From Gaiellaceae bacterium (lineage in GTDB: Bacteria; Actinomycetota; Thermoleophilia; Gaiellales; Gaiellaceae), in contig DASUHE010000066.1 in NCBI GenBank assembly GCA_036273695.1, forward strand, positions 12,160 through 76,159: a stretch of DNA of 64,000 bases, written 5' to 3'. The notes below the pieces were generated by a model. It did no database searches. It was not told the origin of the DNA and was given only the letters and a program-made list of their open reading frames with translations. Position numbers and translations under genes: made by a program. This document shows positions 25,215 through 34,303 of this stretch, one piece after another. Position 1 is the first letter of the stretch, and each line of letters opens with the position of its first letter.

Positions 25215-26230
25215 TGCGGGTCTGGATCGACATCACGGCGCCCGCGCACGTGCTCGTGTTCCGGCCGCTCGTCGAGATCATGCGTGGACGCGGAGACGAG
25301 GTGCGCATCACGGCGCGCGACTACGCGCAGACGCTCCAGCTGCTCGAGCTGCATGGGCTCGAGGCGGACGAGGTGATCGGGCGCCACGGCGGCCGGTCGC
25401 GCCTGCAGAAGGCGAGGCAGATGACGCACCGGCTCGGCGCGCTCCGGCAGTGGGCCCGCGGACGCGAGTTCGACGTCGCGCTCGCCCACGGCTCGCACGA
25501 GCTGACGATCTCCGCGAGAAGGCTCGGCGTCCCGAGCGCGACGACGTTCGACTACGAGTTCGCGACACTGCAGCACCAGCTCGGCTGCCGTGCCGCGACG
25601 CGGGTCGTCGTGCCGGCGGCGATCCCGCCGGAACGGCTGCGTCCGTACGGCGTCCGCCCGCCGAAGCTCGTGCAGTACCCGGGCCTGAAGGAGGAGTACT
25701 ACCTCTCGGACTTCGAGCCCGACCGGTCGCTGCTCGCACGCTTCGGCGTCGACTCGTCGCGCGTGCTCGTCGTCCTGCGGCCGCCTCCGGACGTGTCGCT
25801 CTACCACCGGCACTCGAACCCGCTGTTCCCGCAGACGCTCGAGCACCTCGGCAGGTCCGAGGACGTGCATGCCTTCGTGCTGCCGCGCACGGAGGAGCAG
25901 CGCGAGTACGTGAAAGGGCTGGCGCTGCCGTCGGTGATCGTCCCGGAGGATGCGGTCGACGCGCAGAGCCTGATCGCGCTCGCCGACCTCGTCGTCTCGG
26001 CCGGCGGCACGATGAACCGCGAGGCGGCGGCGCTCGGGGTGCCCGTCTACACGACGTACGGCGGCCGGCTCGGCGGCGTCGACGAGGAGCTGATCCGCGA
26101 CGGTCGGCTCAAGCCGCTGACCGACCCGCGCGCGCTCGCGCTGACGAAGCGCGATCCGGGGGCCGCGAAACGTGAGCGGCGCGACCCGGGCGAGATGCTG
26201 CGGCTCCTTCTCTCGGCGCTCGACGCCTGA
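25214..26230 (+). CDS. DUF354 domain protein (GT-B-like, glycan-cluster associated)
   Basis: ATGA overlap with the upstream gene. MRVWIDITAPAHVLVFRPLVEIMRGRGDEVRITARDYAQTLQLLELHG matches the conserved DUF354 N-terminus as I remember it. Confidence 0.7.
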   Translation: MRVWIDITAPAHVLVFRPLVEIMRGRGDEVRITARDYAQTLQLLELHGLEADEVIGRHGGRSRLQKARQMTHRLGALRQWARGREFDVALAHGSHELTISARRLGVPSATTFDYEFATLQHQLGCRAATRVVVPAAIPPERLRPYGVRPPKLVQYPGLKEEYYLSDFEPDRSLLARFGVDSSRVLVVLRPPPDVSLYHRHSNPLFPQTLEHLGRSEDVHAFVLPRTEEQREYVKGLALPSVIVPEDAVDAQSLIALADLVVSAGGTMNREAAALGVPVYTTYGGRLGGVDEELIRDGRLKPLTDPRALALTKRDPGAAKRERRDPGEMLRLLLSALDA

Positions 26231-26293
26231 GCTTGCCGCCCGGCCGTGCCCGGGCTGCCGCCGCGAGCCTGTGACTCCTTCTCGACAGCGGCT

Positions 26294-26905
26294 CTAGCGC
26301 GCCCGGCGATACCGGATGTGCGTGGCCAGCGGCGAGTGCAGCACCTCGACCGGCTCCATGCCGAGGGACTCCACGCCGTCGAAGATCCGCTCGCCGGAGC
26401 CGAGCAGGACCGGGACGATGTCGAGCGTGAGCTCGTCGACGACCCCGGCGCCGAGCGCCTGCCGCACGGTCGAGGCGCCGCCCGCGATGTCCACGCCGGC
26501 GTCGCCGGCGGTTTCGCACGCCTGCGCGTAACCGGCGTCGAAGCCGCCGGTTACGAAGTGGAAGGTCGTCCCGCCTTCCATCTCGATCGACTCGCGGGCG
26601 TGATGTGTGAGGACGAACACCGGAGCGTGGTACGGCGGCTCGGGCCCCCACCACCCGCGCCAGTCCTCCTCCCACTCACCGCGGATCGGCCCGAACATGT
26701 TGCGACCCATCAGGTAGGCGCCACGGGGACGCAGGAGCCAGCCGGCCGCCGTCTCGTCGGCCTCGTTGGCGCGCTCGTCGCCGAGGTGCCAGCGGTGCAG
26801 CTCCAGCCCGTGCTTGCCCAGCGGGTTGTCGCGACTCTGCTCCGGCCCGGCGACGAAGCCGTCGAGCGAGATCGACATGTGACACGTGGTGTTCTGCATC
26901 GGCAC
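26294..26905 (-). CDS. dihydrofolate reductase-like (RibD C-terminal domain) family protein
   Basis: MSISLDGFVAGP ... YLMGRNMF ... DELTLDIVPVLLGSGERIF matches the family. The start may be M1, M3 or M10. Confidence 0.75.
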   Translation of the reverse strand: MPMQNTTCHMSISLDGFVAGPEQSRDNPLGKHGLELHRWHLGDERANEADETAAGWLLRPRGAYLMGRNMFGPIRGEWEEDWRGWWGPEPPYHAPVFVLTHHARESIEMEGGTTFHFVTGGFDAGYAQACETAGDAGVDIAGGASTVRQALGAGVVDELTLDIVPVLLGSGERIFDGVESLGMEPVEVLHSPLATHIRYRRAR

Positions 26906-26948
26906 CTCTCACGTGTGGACAACGCCGAGCGCACTCCAAGATAGAGGC

Positions 26949-28808
26949 TCAGGCAGCGAGCTCGGCCAGCTGGGCGAGCAGCTCGGTCCCGTAGCGCTCG
27001 AGCTTCGCCGGGCCGATCCCGGGGACCGCGGACAACTCGGCCAGCGTCCGCGGCGTGCGCGCTGCGAGCTCCGCCAGCGTCCGGTCGTTGAAGACGACGT
27101 ACGCCGGCACCTCGTCGGCCCGCGCCCGGGCGAGGCGCCACTCACGGAGCGCCTGCACCGCCGGAGTCTGCTCGAGCGGCGTGCGCGGCGTCTTCGGCGG
27201 CGGCGGTGCGGCCGCGCGCACGCCGAGCTCGTCGAGGAACCGGCTCGGCCGGCCCTCCCACGTCACTAGCAGATAGCGCTTCGCGCGCGTCATGCCGACG
27301 TAGAACAGCCGCCGCTCCTCCTCGACGTCGCCGCGCCGGATCGGGAGCTCGCCCTCCTCGACGCGCGGCAGGAACACCGCCTCCCACTCGAGGCCCTTCG
27401 CCCGATGGAGCGTCAGCAGATGGACGCCCCGGCCGGCGCTCTCGCCGAACCGCTCGTGCAGCGACGCGACGAAGCCGTCGACCTCCCCGCCGAAGTCCTC
27501 CGCCAGTCGCACGAGCCGTCCGAGGTCGGCCTGGCGCGTCTGCTCGCGCTCGCCGAGCTTCTCGGGAACCTCCGCGAGCAGCCCCTGTCGTACGGCGAGC
27601 TCGCGCACGATCTCCGCAGCCGGCCCGGTCCGTCCGCGGAGCGCTTTCAGCAGCTGACGGGCGGCGTCGCGCGCGAGCAGCGATGCGCCCTGGAACGGGA
27701 TCCCGGCCTCGTGGAACGCCTCCTCGAACTCGGTCGTGCGCGCATTGGTGCGCACGAGCACCGCCATCTCCTCGAGGGCCACCCCGCGCGCCTGCAGTTG
27801 CCTCGCGTGCTCGACGACGTCCAGCCCGGGACCGACCACGGGATCGGCGCCGTCCGGGAGCGTCGGGGCGAGCGTCTTCGCCGAGCCGCCGAGCCGCGGC
27901 ACGAGCCGGTTCGCGAGCTCGAGCACCTGCGGCGTCGAGCGATAGTTCCGCTCGAGCCGCACGACCCGGGCATGCGGGAACCGCCGCGGCAGCGCGAGCA
28001 GCCAACCGGCGCTGGCGCCCGTGAAGCCGTAGATCGCCTGGTAGTCGTCGCCGACCGCGCAGAGCTCGTCCCGCTCGCCGAGCCAGAGGTCGAGCAGCGC
28101 CTGCTGCAGCAGGTTGACGTCCTGGTACTCGTCGACCGTGAAGGCGCGCCACCGTTCGCGCGCCGCGGCGCGCGCGTGCTCGTCTGCTTCGAGGAGCTGC
28201 ACCGTCCGCTCGAGCAGATCCTCGAAGTCGAGCAGGTCGTCCGCCGCCTTCCGCCGCTCGTACTCGCGGAAGACCCGCTGCATGAGGTCGGCCGGCAGCG
28301 GCGGCTCGTGGTCGCCGAGCCCGCTGCGGTACGTGTCGGGGGTGAGTCGCCGGTTCCTCGCCCACTCGATCTCCGTCGCGAGGTCGCCGGCGGGCCGGAA
28401 GCGGTACGCGCCGGGAAGCCCGTTCCCGATCCGGCGCAGGAGAAGCGCCTTCGAGGCGAGGATCCGGCCCGGATCGCCGGCGAAGTGGCGCAGCAGCGAG
28501 AGCGCCGCGGAGTGGAACGTCGACGCCCGCACGCCGTCGACGCCGAGGGCGCGCAGGCGCGCCCGCAGCTCGCCGGCCGCCTTGTCCGTGAACGTCACGG
28601 CCACGATCTGCTCCGGCGTGAAGGCGCCGCTCGCCACCTGCCACGCGATCCGGCGCGTAATCGTCGTCGTCTTCCCCGTGCCCGCGCCGGCGAGGATGCA
28701 CAGCGGGCCACCCGTCGTCTCGACGGCGGCGCGCTGCTCCGGGTTCAAGCCGGCGAGGATCCTCTCGGCGTCCAGGGCGCGGAGGCTAGCGCCGGCACCG
28801 GCCGACAA
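26949..28808 (-). CDS. UvrD-like ATP-dependent DNA helicase with C-terminal HRDC domain
   Basis: Walker A is AGAGTGKTT and Walker B is VDEYQD. The HRDC-like tail is AYVVFNDRTLAELAARTPRTLAELSAVPGIGPAKLERYG. TTG start. Confidence 0.85.
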   Translation of the reverse strand: MSAGAGASLRALDAERILAGLNPEQRAAVETTGGPLCILAGAGTGKTTTITRRIAWQVASGAFTPEQIVAVTFTDKAAGELRARLRALGVDGVRASTFHSAALSLLRHFAGDPGRILASKALLLRRIGNGLPGAYRFRPAGDLATEIEWARNRRLTPDTYRSGLGDHEPPLPADLMQRVFREYERRKAADDLLDFEDLLERTVQLLEADEHARAAARERWRAFTVDEYQDVNLLQQALLDLWLGERDELCAVGDDYQAIYGFTGASAGWLLALPRRFPHARVVRLERNYRSTPQVLELANRLVPRLGGSAKTLAPTLPDGADPVVGPGLDVVEHARQLQARGVALEEMAVLVRTNARTTEFEEAFHEAGIPFQGASLLARDAARQLLKALRGRTGPAAEIVRELAVRQGLLAEVPEKLGEREQTRQADLGRLVRLAEDFGGEVDGFVASLHERFGESAGRGVHLLTLHRAKGLEWEAVFLPRVEEGELPIRRGDVEEERRLFYVGMTRAKRYLLVTWEGRPSRFLDELGVRAAAPPPPKTPRTPLEQTPAVQALREWRLARARADEVPAYVVFNDRTLAELAARTPRTLAELSAVPGIGPAKLERYGTELLAQLAELAA

Positions 28809-28822
28809 CCGTGACGGAAGGG

Positions 28823-30775
28823 TCAGGGGTTCGTGTCGGGTGCGACGCGCGGCTCGATCTCGATCACGTAGCTGCCGGTATCGGTGAGGTTCGGCAGCTC
28901 GACGCGCCGCGGGTCGCCGACGACCTTGCGGAGCTTGCCCACGACTTCGAGCGTGTCGCCGTCGTCCGCGAGCCGCTCGAGCTCGAGCAGCTGCTCCTCG
29001 AGCCAGTTGGGGTCGACCGGCGGCCGGCTCAGGCGGCGGATCTTCGGATGTGTCGTCTCACCGAGCGACTCGTCGTCGCTCCAGAGCTCCTCGTGGATCT
29101 TCTCGCCGGGCCGCGAGCCGACGAACGCGATCCGCACGTCACGCGCGGACGTGGTCGGATCGTCCGGCAGGCGCGGCTCCTTGCCCGAGAGGCGAATCAT
29201 GTTCTGCGCGAGGTCGACGATGCGCACCGGCTCGCCCATGTCGAGCACGAACACCTGGCCGCGGCCGCCGATCGCGCCCGCCTGCACGACGAGCGAGACG
29301 GCCTCCGGGATCGTCATGAAATAGCGGGTCATGTCCGGATGGGTGACGGTGACCGGGCCGCCGCGCTCGATCTGCTTGCGGAAGATCGGGATCACGCTGC
29401 CGGACGAGTTGAGGACGTTGCCGAAGCGCACGGCCACGAACCGGGTCGCGACGTCGCGCCGGTGCCCGAAGGACTCCACGACCCACTCGCACAGCGCCTT
29501 CGACTGTCCCATCACCGTCTTCGGGTTGACGGCCTTGTCCGTCGAGATGAAGACGAACCGCTCGACGCCGAACTCGGCCGCGAGCTCGCAGAGGATGCGT
29601 GTGCCGACGACGTTGTTGCGCACCGACTCGAGCGGGTGCGTCTCGAGCATCGCCACGTGCTTGTACGCAGCCGCATGGAACACCACCGTCGGCTGGTACT
29701 TCTCGAAGACCTCGCGCCGCAGCGCCTTCCGGTCCTTGACGTCGATCAGCTTCGGCAGCGCGGCGGTGAAGTCCCGCTCGGCGACGAGCTCGCGCTCGAT
29801 CTCGAACAGCGGACCCTCGGCGTTGTCGACGAGGATCAGCCTCGACGGCCTGACCCGCGCGATCTGGCGGCAGAGCTCCGAGCCGATCGAGCCGCCGGCG
29901 CCCGTGACGAGCACCGTGTGCCCCTCGAGGTAGGCGGCCATCTCGTGGAAGTCGACCTCGACCTGCTCGCGGCCCAGCACGTCCTCCACCTGGACGGGGC
30001 GGATCTGGCCGGCGAGGTTGAGATCTCCCGAGATGAGCTCGTAGAGCCCCGGCAGCGTCTTGACGACGATGCGCAGCTGCTGCGCCGCCTCGAAGATCCG
30101 CCGGCGCACGTCGCCCGAGACGGTCGGCATCGCGATCAGGACCTCGTCGGGACGGTGCTCGCGCAGGATGCGCGGGAGCTCGTCGATCGTGCCGAGCACG
30201 CGCACGCCCATGATCCGCGTGTGCCGCTTGCGCTGGTCGTCGTCGACGAACCCGATCGGCGTGTAGTTCAGCATCCGCGAGCGCTGCATCTCCTGCACGA
30301 TCAGGCGTCCCGCGTCGCCCGCTCCGACGACGACCACCTCCTTGCCGCGCGCGACCACCGTCAGGCCCGGCCGCTCCATCGCCGTGCGGGCGAGGAGCCG
30401 CGAGCCCATGACGAGCGCGAGCGTGAGGAGCAGGTCGATCGCGGCGATCGACCGCGGCAGGCGGAGGGTGTGATACGGCGCGACGAGGTAGACGGTGAGG
30501 TCGGCGACGAGGCAGGCGGCGGCGACGCCGCGAGCGGTCGCCCACATGTCGCGGATCGAGACGTAGCGCCACCAGCGGTTGTAGAAGCCGAAGGCGATGA
30601 AGACGAGCAGCTTGATCCCGACGACGAGCAGGATCGTCCGGTCGAGCAGCCTCGAGTAGATGAGGTTCGGGCCGTGGTCGAAGCGAAGCTGGAACGCCAG
30701 CCACCACGACGCGGCGACGATCCCGCCGTCGACCGCCAGCTGCCACAGGCGATGCCGCGAGAGAAGCTGGCGCAT
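28823..30775 (-). CDS. membrane-bound nucleotide-sugar 4,6-dehydratase/epimerase (CapD/PglF/WbpM-like)
   Basis: Four N-terminal TM helices are followed by a Rossmann motif, VTGAGGSIGSEL, and FVFISTDKAVNP. Confidence 0.85.
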   Translation of the reverse strand: MRQLLSRHRLWQLAVDGGIVAASWWLAFQLRFDHGPNLIYSRLLDRTILLVVGIKLLVFIAFGFYNRWWRYVSIRDMWATARGVAAACLVADLTVYLVAPYHTLRLPRSIAAIDLLLTLALVMGSRLLARTAMERPGLTVVARGKEVVVVGAGDAGRLIVQEMQRSRMLNYTPIGFVDDDQRKRHTRIMGVRVLGTIDELPRILREHRPDEVLIAMPTVSGDVRRRIFEAAQQLRIVVKTLPGLYELISGDLNLAGQIRPVQVEDVLGREQVEVDFHEMAAYLEGHTVLVTGAGGSIGSELCRQIARVRPSRLILVDNAEGPLFEIERELVAERDFTAALPKLIDVKDRKALRREVFEKYQPTVVFHAAAYKHVAMLETHPLESVRNNVVGTRILCELAAEFGVERFVFISTDKAVNPKTVMGQSKALCEWVVESFGHRRDVATRFVAVRFGNVLNSSGSVIPIFRKQIERGGPVTVTHPDMTRYFMTIPEAVSLVVQAGAIGGRGQVFVLDMGEPVRIVDLAQNMIRLSGKEPRLPDDPTTSARDVRIAFVGSRPGEKIHEELWSDDESLGETTHPKIRRLSRPPVDPNWLEEQLLELERLADDGDTLEVVGKLRKVVGDPRRVELPNLTDTGSYVIEIEPRVAPDTNP

Positions 30776-31857
30776 CAGACGCGGCTCGGGACGGCGGAGC
30801 GCACGATGTCCACGACGCGCGCCTGGGCCTCCGCCGGGATCCCGGGCCAGAGCGGCACGGAGAAGTTCTCGGCGGCGGCCAGCTCGGTCGCCGGCAGCGA
30901 GCCCGGCTCGTGACCGAGGTGGCGCAGCGACGGCTGGAGGTGGAGCGGCGTCGTGTAGTACGTCGCCGACGCGATCCCCGCCTCGGTCAGCGCCTCGCGA
31001 ATCGCGTCGCGCTCCTGCGAGCGGCAGACGAAGAGGTGGTAGACGTGGCCCGGCTCGTCCTGGGGGATCTCCACGAGCTCGCCGAGACCGAGCTCGGCGT
31101 AGCGGGCGGCGGCCGCGCGGCGCGCCTCGTTCCAGCCCGCGAGCTCCGGCAGGAACACCCGCAGGAACGCCGCCTGCAGCTCGTCGAGGCGCGAGTTGTA
31201 GCCCACGAGATCGAACGTCTCCTTGTCGCGGGAGCCGTGGAAGGAGAGGAGCCGGACGCGCTCGGCGAGCTCCTCGTCGTTGACCGCCACGAGCCCGCCG
31301 TCGCCGAGGCAGAAGAGGTTTTTCGTCGGGAAGAAGCTGAACGTCGAGATCGCGCCGACCTGCGCGACTCCCGGAGCGCCGAATGCCTGCGCCGCATCCT
31401 CGAGCACCGGGACGCCGAGCTCGGCCAGCGGGCGGACGTCCATCAGCCTCCCGAAGAGGTGCACCGGGATGATCGCGCGCGTCCGCTCGGTGACCTTCGC
31501 GGCTGCGTCCTCGGCGTCGAGGTTGAGCGTGACCGGGTCGATGTCGGCGAAGACGGGCGTCGCGCCGCGGCGCGCGATCGCCTCGGCGGTTGCGTAGAAC
31601 GTGAAGGCCGGGCAGATCACCTCGTCGCCGGGCCCGACGTCGAGCGCGTCGAGCGCGAGCACGAGCGCGTCGGTGCCGTTGGCGACGCCGATCGTCCGCC
31701 CGACGCCGAGGTAGGCCGCCGCCTCGTCCTCGAACGCCCAGTAGTTCGTGCCGCGGATGAAGCGCCCGCCCTCGAGCACCTCTCTGAACGCGGCCTCGAG
31801 CCGGGGGATCAGCGGCGCGTATTCGGCTCGGACGTCAACGAGAGGAATCGTCTGCAC
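30775..31857 (-). CDS. DegT/DnrJ/EryC1/StrS family sugar aminotransferase
   Basis: The PLP-lysine context is SFFPTKNL. GTNYWAFEDEAAAYLG is present. GTG start; ATGA overlap with the CapD-like gene. Confidence 0.9.
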   Translation of the reverse strand: MQTIPLVDVRAEYAPLIPRLEAAFREVLEGGRFIRGTNYWAFEDEAAAYLGVGRTIGVANGTDALVLALDALDVGPGDEVICPAFTFYATAEAIARRGATPVFADIDPVTLNLDAEDAAAKVTERTRAIIPVHLFGRLMDVRPLAELGVPVLEDAAQAFGAPGVAQVGAISTFSFFPTKNLFCLGDGGLVAVNDEELAERVRLLSFHGSRDKETFDLVGYNSRLDELQAAFLRVFLPELAGWNEARRAAAARYAELGLGELVEIPQDEPGHVYHLFVCRSQERDAIREALTEAGIASATYYTTPLHLQPSLRHLGHEPGSLPATELAAAENFSVPLWPGIPAEAQARVVDIVRSAVPSRV

Positions 31858-32518
31858 GCGCGGCCACTTTAGCTGCCGTCATCCACCGGTAGACCGAAAA
31901 CGCCAGCACGAGCAGGACTCCGAGCACGACGACGTACTCGACATACCGGAAGCCGTGGTCGAATCCGCGATAGCTGCTGCCCAGGCCGTAGCCGGCTCCA
32001 GCGAAGGCGAACGCCCAGACCGCGGAGCCGCCGAGCGTCAGCAGTGTGTACGGCGCGAGCCGCATCTCGAAGATCCCGGCCGGGATCGAGACGAACGACC
32101 GGACGACCGGCGTGATGCGGCCGATCAGCACGCCGAGGTTCCCCCAGCGTGCGAACCAGGCCTCGGCCCGGTCCAGGCGTCTCGGCGAGAGATGGAACCA
32201 GCGGCCGTGTCGCTCGAGGAGCGGTCGCCCTCCGTAGAGCCCGACCGCCCAGCCCACGAGCGCGCCGACGAGATAGCCGACCGTCCCCGCCAGGGCGAGG
32301 ACGACGAACGCGCCGACTCCGAAGCCGATGTGGGCGCCGAACAGGGTCACTCCGTGCGCTGCCGGGAAGACTCCAGCAGCGACCGCGCCGGCGTAGAGCA
32401 TCACGAGCTCGCTGAAGGCGGGAAAGACCGCGTCGACGGCCATCAGCAGGAAGACGGCGTAGACGCCGTGGTTCGCGACCTGGGAGGTGAAGCTCGACGA
32501 GACGCCCGCTACGAGCAC
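31835..32518 (-). CDS. DedA family membrane protein
   Basis: GVYAVFLLMAVDAVFPAFSELVMLYAG and the GRITPVVRSFVSIPAG motif are present. Confidence 0.8.
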   Translation of the reverse strand: MLVAGVSSSFTSQVANHGVYAVFLLMAVDAVFPAFSELVMLYAGAVAAGVFPAAHGVTLFGAHIGFGVGAFVVLALAGTVGYLVGALVGWAVGLYGGRPLLERHGRWFHLSPRRLDRAEAWFARWGNLGVLIGRITPVVRSFVSIPAGIFEMRLAPYTLLTLGGSAVWAFAFAGAGYGLGSSYRGFDHGFRYVEYVVVLGVLLVLAFSVYRWMTAAKVAARADDSSR

Positions 32519-32527
32519 CGGGCGAGT

Positions 32528-34276
32528 CTAGTGGTGCTTCCTGTGAGGGCGGCGGTAGGAGAACCCCGCCGCCAGCGAGCTCGTCCCGACGGAGCTCGTC
32601 GCCTGCACGACGACCTGGTAGTGCCCGCCCGGGACGCGTCGCTTGCCGCTCCGGCCGTGCCAGGCCACCTGCACCGGTCCGGCAGCCGCCGGGCCGGCGC
32701 GGACGGTCGCCACCGGCACTCCCGTCGGCCGCTCGATCTGGACGAGGATCCTCGCCGGCCGGGTCAGCCGGAACGTCGCTGTCGGCAGACCGTGGGGGCC
32801 CGGCTGGAGGGCGAGCGAGGAGAGCGTGTCGTCGAGGGAGAACGCGCGCTGCGCGGTCGTCGTGACCTTGCGGTCGTCGGTGCCGGTGACGGTGAACGTC
32901 CAGTTCCCCTCGGGCGCGACCGCGCCGGCGACGGTGCCGTTCCACCCGAACGTGTGCAGACCCGGAGGCTCCGCTGCGTCGACGACCGTGACCTTCGTGC
33001 CGCCCGGCCCCGCAAGGGTGGCGACGACGTGCGACGGGCGGACGACGCGATACGAGAGCGTCTGGACGTCGTCGTCGCCGTCGTGATTGGGCGACAGAAC
33101 CGACGTCGAGGGAGGAGCGGCGTAGATGCCCGAGTAGGAGAGGACGAGCGCGTCGGAGACCTTCGGCACGGTGCCGCCCGAGGGCCGCGTCAGCAGGCTG
33201 CCGTCGAAGGCGATTCCCGCCGCGGAGCCGGAGCCGAGCCCGAACGCGGTCGTCGCACCCAGACGGGAGAGCTCGACGGCCAGCTCGTAGTTGGACATGC
33301 CGATGCTGTACGACGGCCTCGTCCCCTCCACGCCGACGAGGACGATGCGCCCGTCGGCGAGCTGGCCGATCGCGCCTCGCGGCTGCCGGCCGTTCAGCTG
33401 GCGGGACTGGAACGACTCCCCGGCGTGGAAGATCGGCTTGCCGTTCCGCACGAGCAGCGGCCCGCCGCCGATCGCGCTCGCGAGGTCGCTCCAGTCCGGC
33501 GAGAGCGAGAGCTGCGCCTCGACCTGCTGCCCCACCGGCGCCTCGGCCTTGAGCTGGGCCGTCGATTGCGAGCCGCGGGCGACGATCACCGCGCCCCCGG
33601 GTGGAATCGTCGTCGGGCCTGCAGTGGTGACGCGGGTCACGGTGCCGTCGAGCGGCGTGTCGAGCTGCGCCTGCGGGAACGACCCGATCACGGCCTCGAC
33701 GACTCCCGACTCGCGCGGCGTCGCTCCGCCGTAGACGGGCGTGTAGAGGCTGAACTTGCCGGTGCTCGTGTTCAGCAGCAACGGCCGGCGCTGGCCGTTC
33801 CCCTGCCAGATTCCGCCCAGGGAGACGCGACCCGTCGTCAGCGTGCCGTCGGCGCCGATGCCCAGGCTCGACCGCCCGTCGCCCGGCGCGCTGTCGAGCA
33901 CGCCGTTCTCGAGGTAGATCCCGCTCGGCGCGCCCGAGCTGTCGAAGTAGTCGCCGTCGATCGCCACGCTCGTCGATCCGGCCGCGACCCGGGCGTCGAG
34001 CTTCGCGAGCGACTCTCGCCCGCGCAGCTGGTTGTTCGAGAGCGCTGGCGCGAGCGAGTAAAGCGATCCATCCGGCTTCGGCGCCGTCACGACGTCGAGG
34101 ACGATCGGGCCGCGCAACGTGAAGTCGACCTCGCGCGTGTACGTCACACCCGGCATGAGGACGGAGGTCGCGACCGACTCCTGGCTCGAACGCCTCGCCG
34201 AGCCGACGGCCGCCGAGGCCACCGCGGACGCGACACCGGCCACGAGCACGACGACGATGAGTGACCTGCGAACCAC
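32528..34276 (-). CDS. secreted phosphodiester glycosidase-like (DUF2233/NAGPA-like) protein with C-terminal Ig-like/FlgD-Ig-like repeats
   Basis: GTG at 34276 gives VRRSLIVVVLVAGVASAVASA (signal/anchor). The central region RQPRGAIGQLADGRIVLVGVEG...GMSNYELAVELSRLGATTAFGLGSGSAAG is DUF2233-like. The tail contains GNWTFTVTGTDD and GGHYQVVVQA beta-sandwich motifs. Confidence 0.55.
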   Translation of the reverse strand: MVRRSLIVVVLVAGVASAVASAAVGSARRSSQESVATSVLMPGVTYTREVDFTLRGPIVLDVVTAPKPDGSLYSLAPALSNNQLRGRESLAKLDARVAAGSTSVAIDGDYFDSSGAPSGIYLENGVLDSAPGDGRSSLGIGADGTLTTGRVSLGGIWQGNGQRRPLLLNTSTGKFSLYTPVYGGATPRESGVVEAVIGSFPQAQLDTPLDGTVTRVTTAGPTTIPPGGAVIVARGSQSTAQLKAEAPVGQQVEAQLSLSPDWSDLASAIGGGPLLVRNGKPIFHAGESFQSRQLNGRQPRGAIGQLADGRIVLVGVEGTRPSYSIGMSNYELAVELSRLGATTAFGLGSGSAAGIAFDGSLLTRPSGGTVPKVSDALVLSYSGIYAAPPSTSVLSPNHDGDDDVQTLSYRVVRPSHVVATLAGPGGTKVTVVDAAEPPGLHTFGWNGTVAGAVAPEGNWTFTVTGTDDRKVTTTAQRAFSLDDTLSSLALQPGPHGLPTATFRLTRPARILVQIERPTGVPVATVRAGPAAAGPVQVAWHGRSGKRRVPGGHYQVVVQATSSVGTSSLAAGFSYRRPHRKHH

Positions 34277-34303
34277 GACCCGAACGGAGGGTAGCCTCGC
34301 GGC

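Noticed and set aside
23191-25311. 706-aa minus-strand ORF antisense to asnB
   Set aside because: It is a shadow ORF. asnB on the plus strand has an unambiguous MCGI nucleophile and a SGGVDS PP-loop.
26239-26256. The hairpin GCCCGG-CCGTGC-CCGGGC between convergent genes as an intrinsic terminator
   Set aside because: There is no U-tract on either strand, and such short GC palindromes are frequent in this composition. There is not enough support to annotate it.
28811-30913. 700-aa plus-strand ORF, and also 31748..34264 (838 aa) and 60284..62986 (900 aa)
   Set aside because: All are antisense to well-supported genes (CapD-like; DegT/DedA/glycosidase-like; Pcm/AlkP) and have Arg/Asp/Pro-rich shadow composition.
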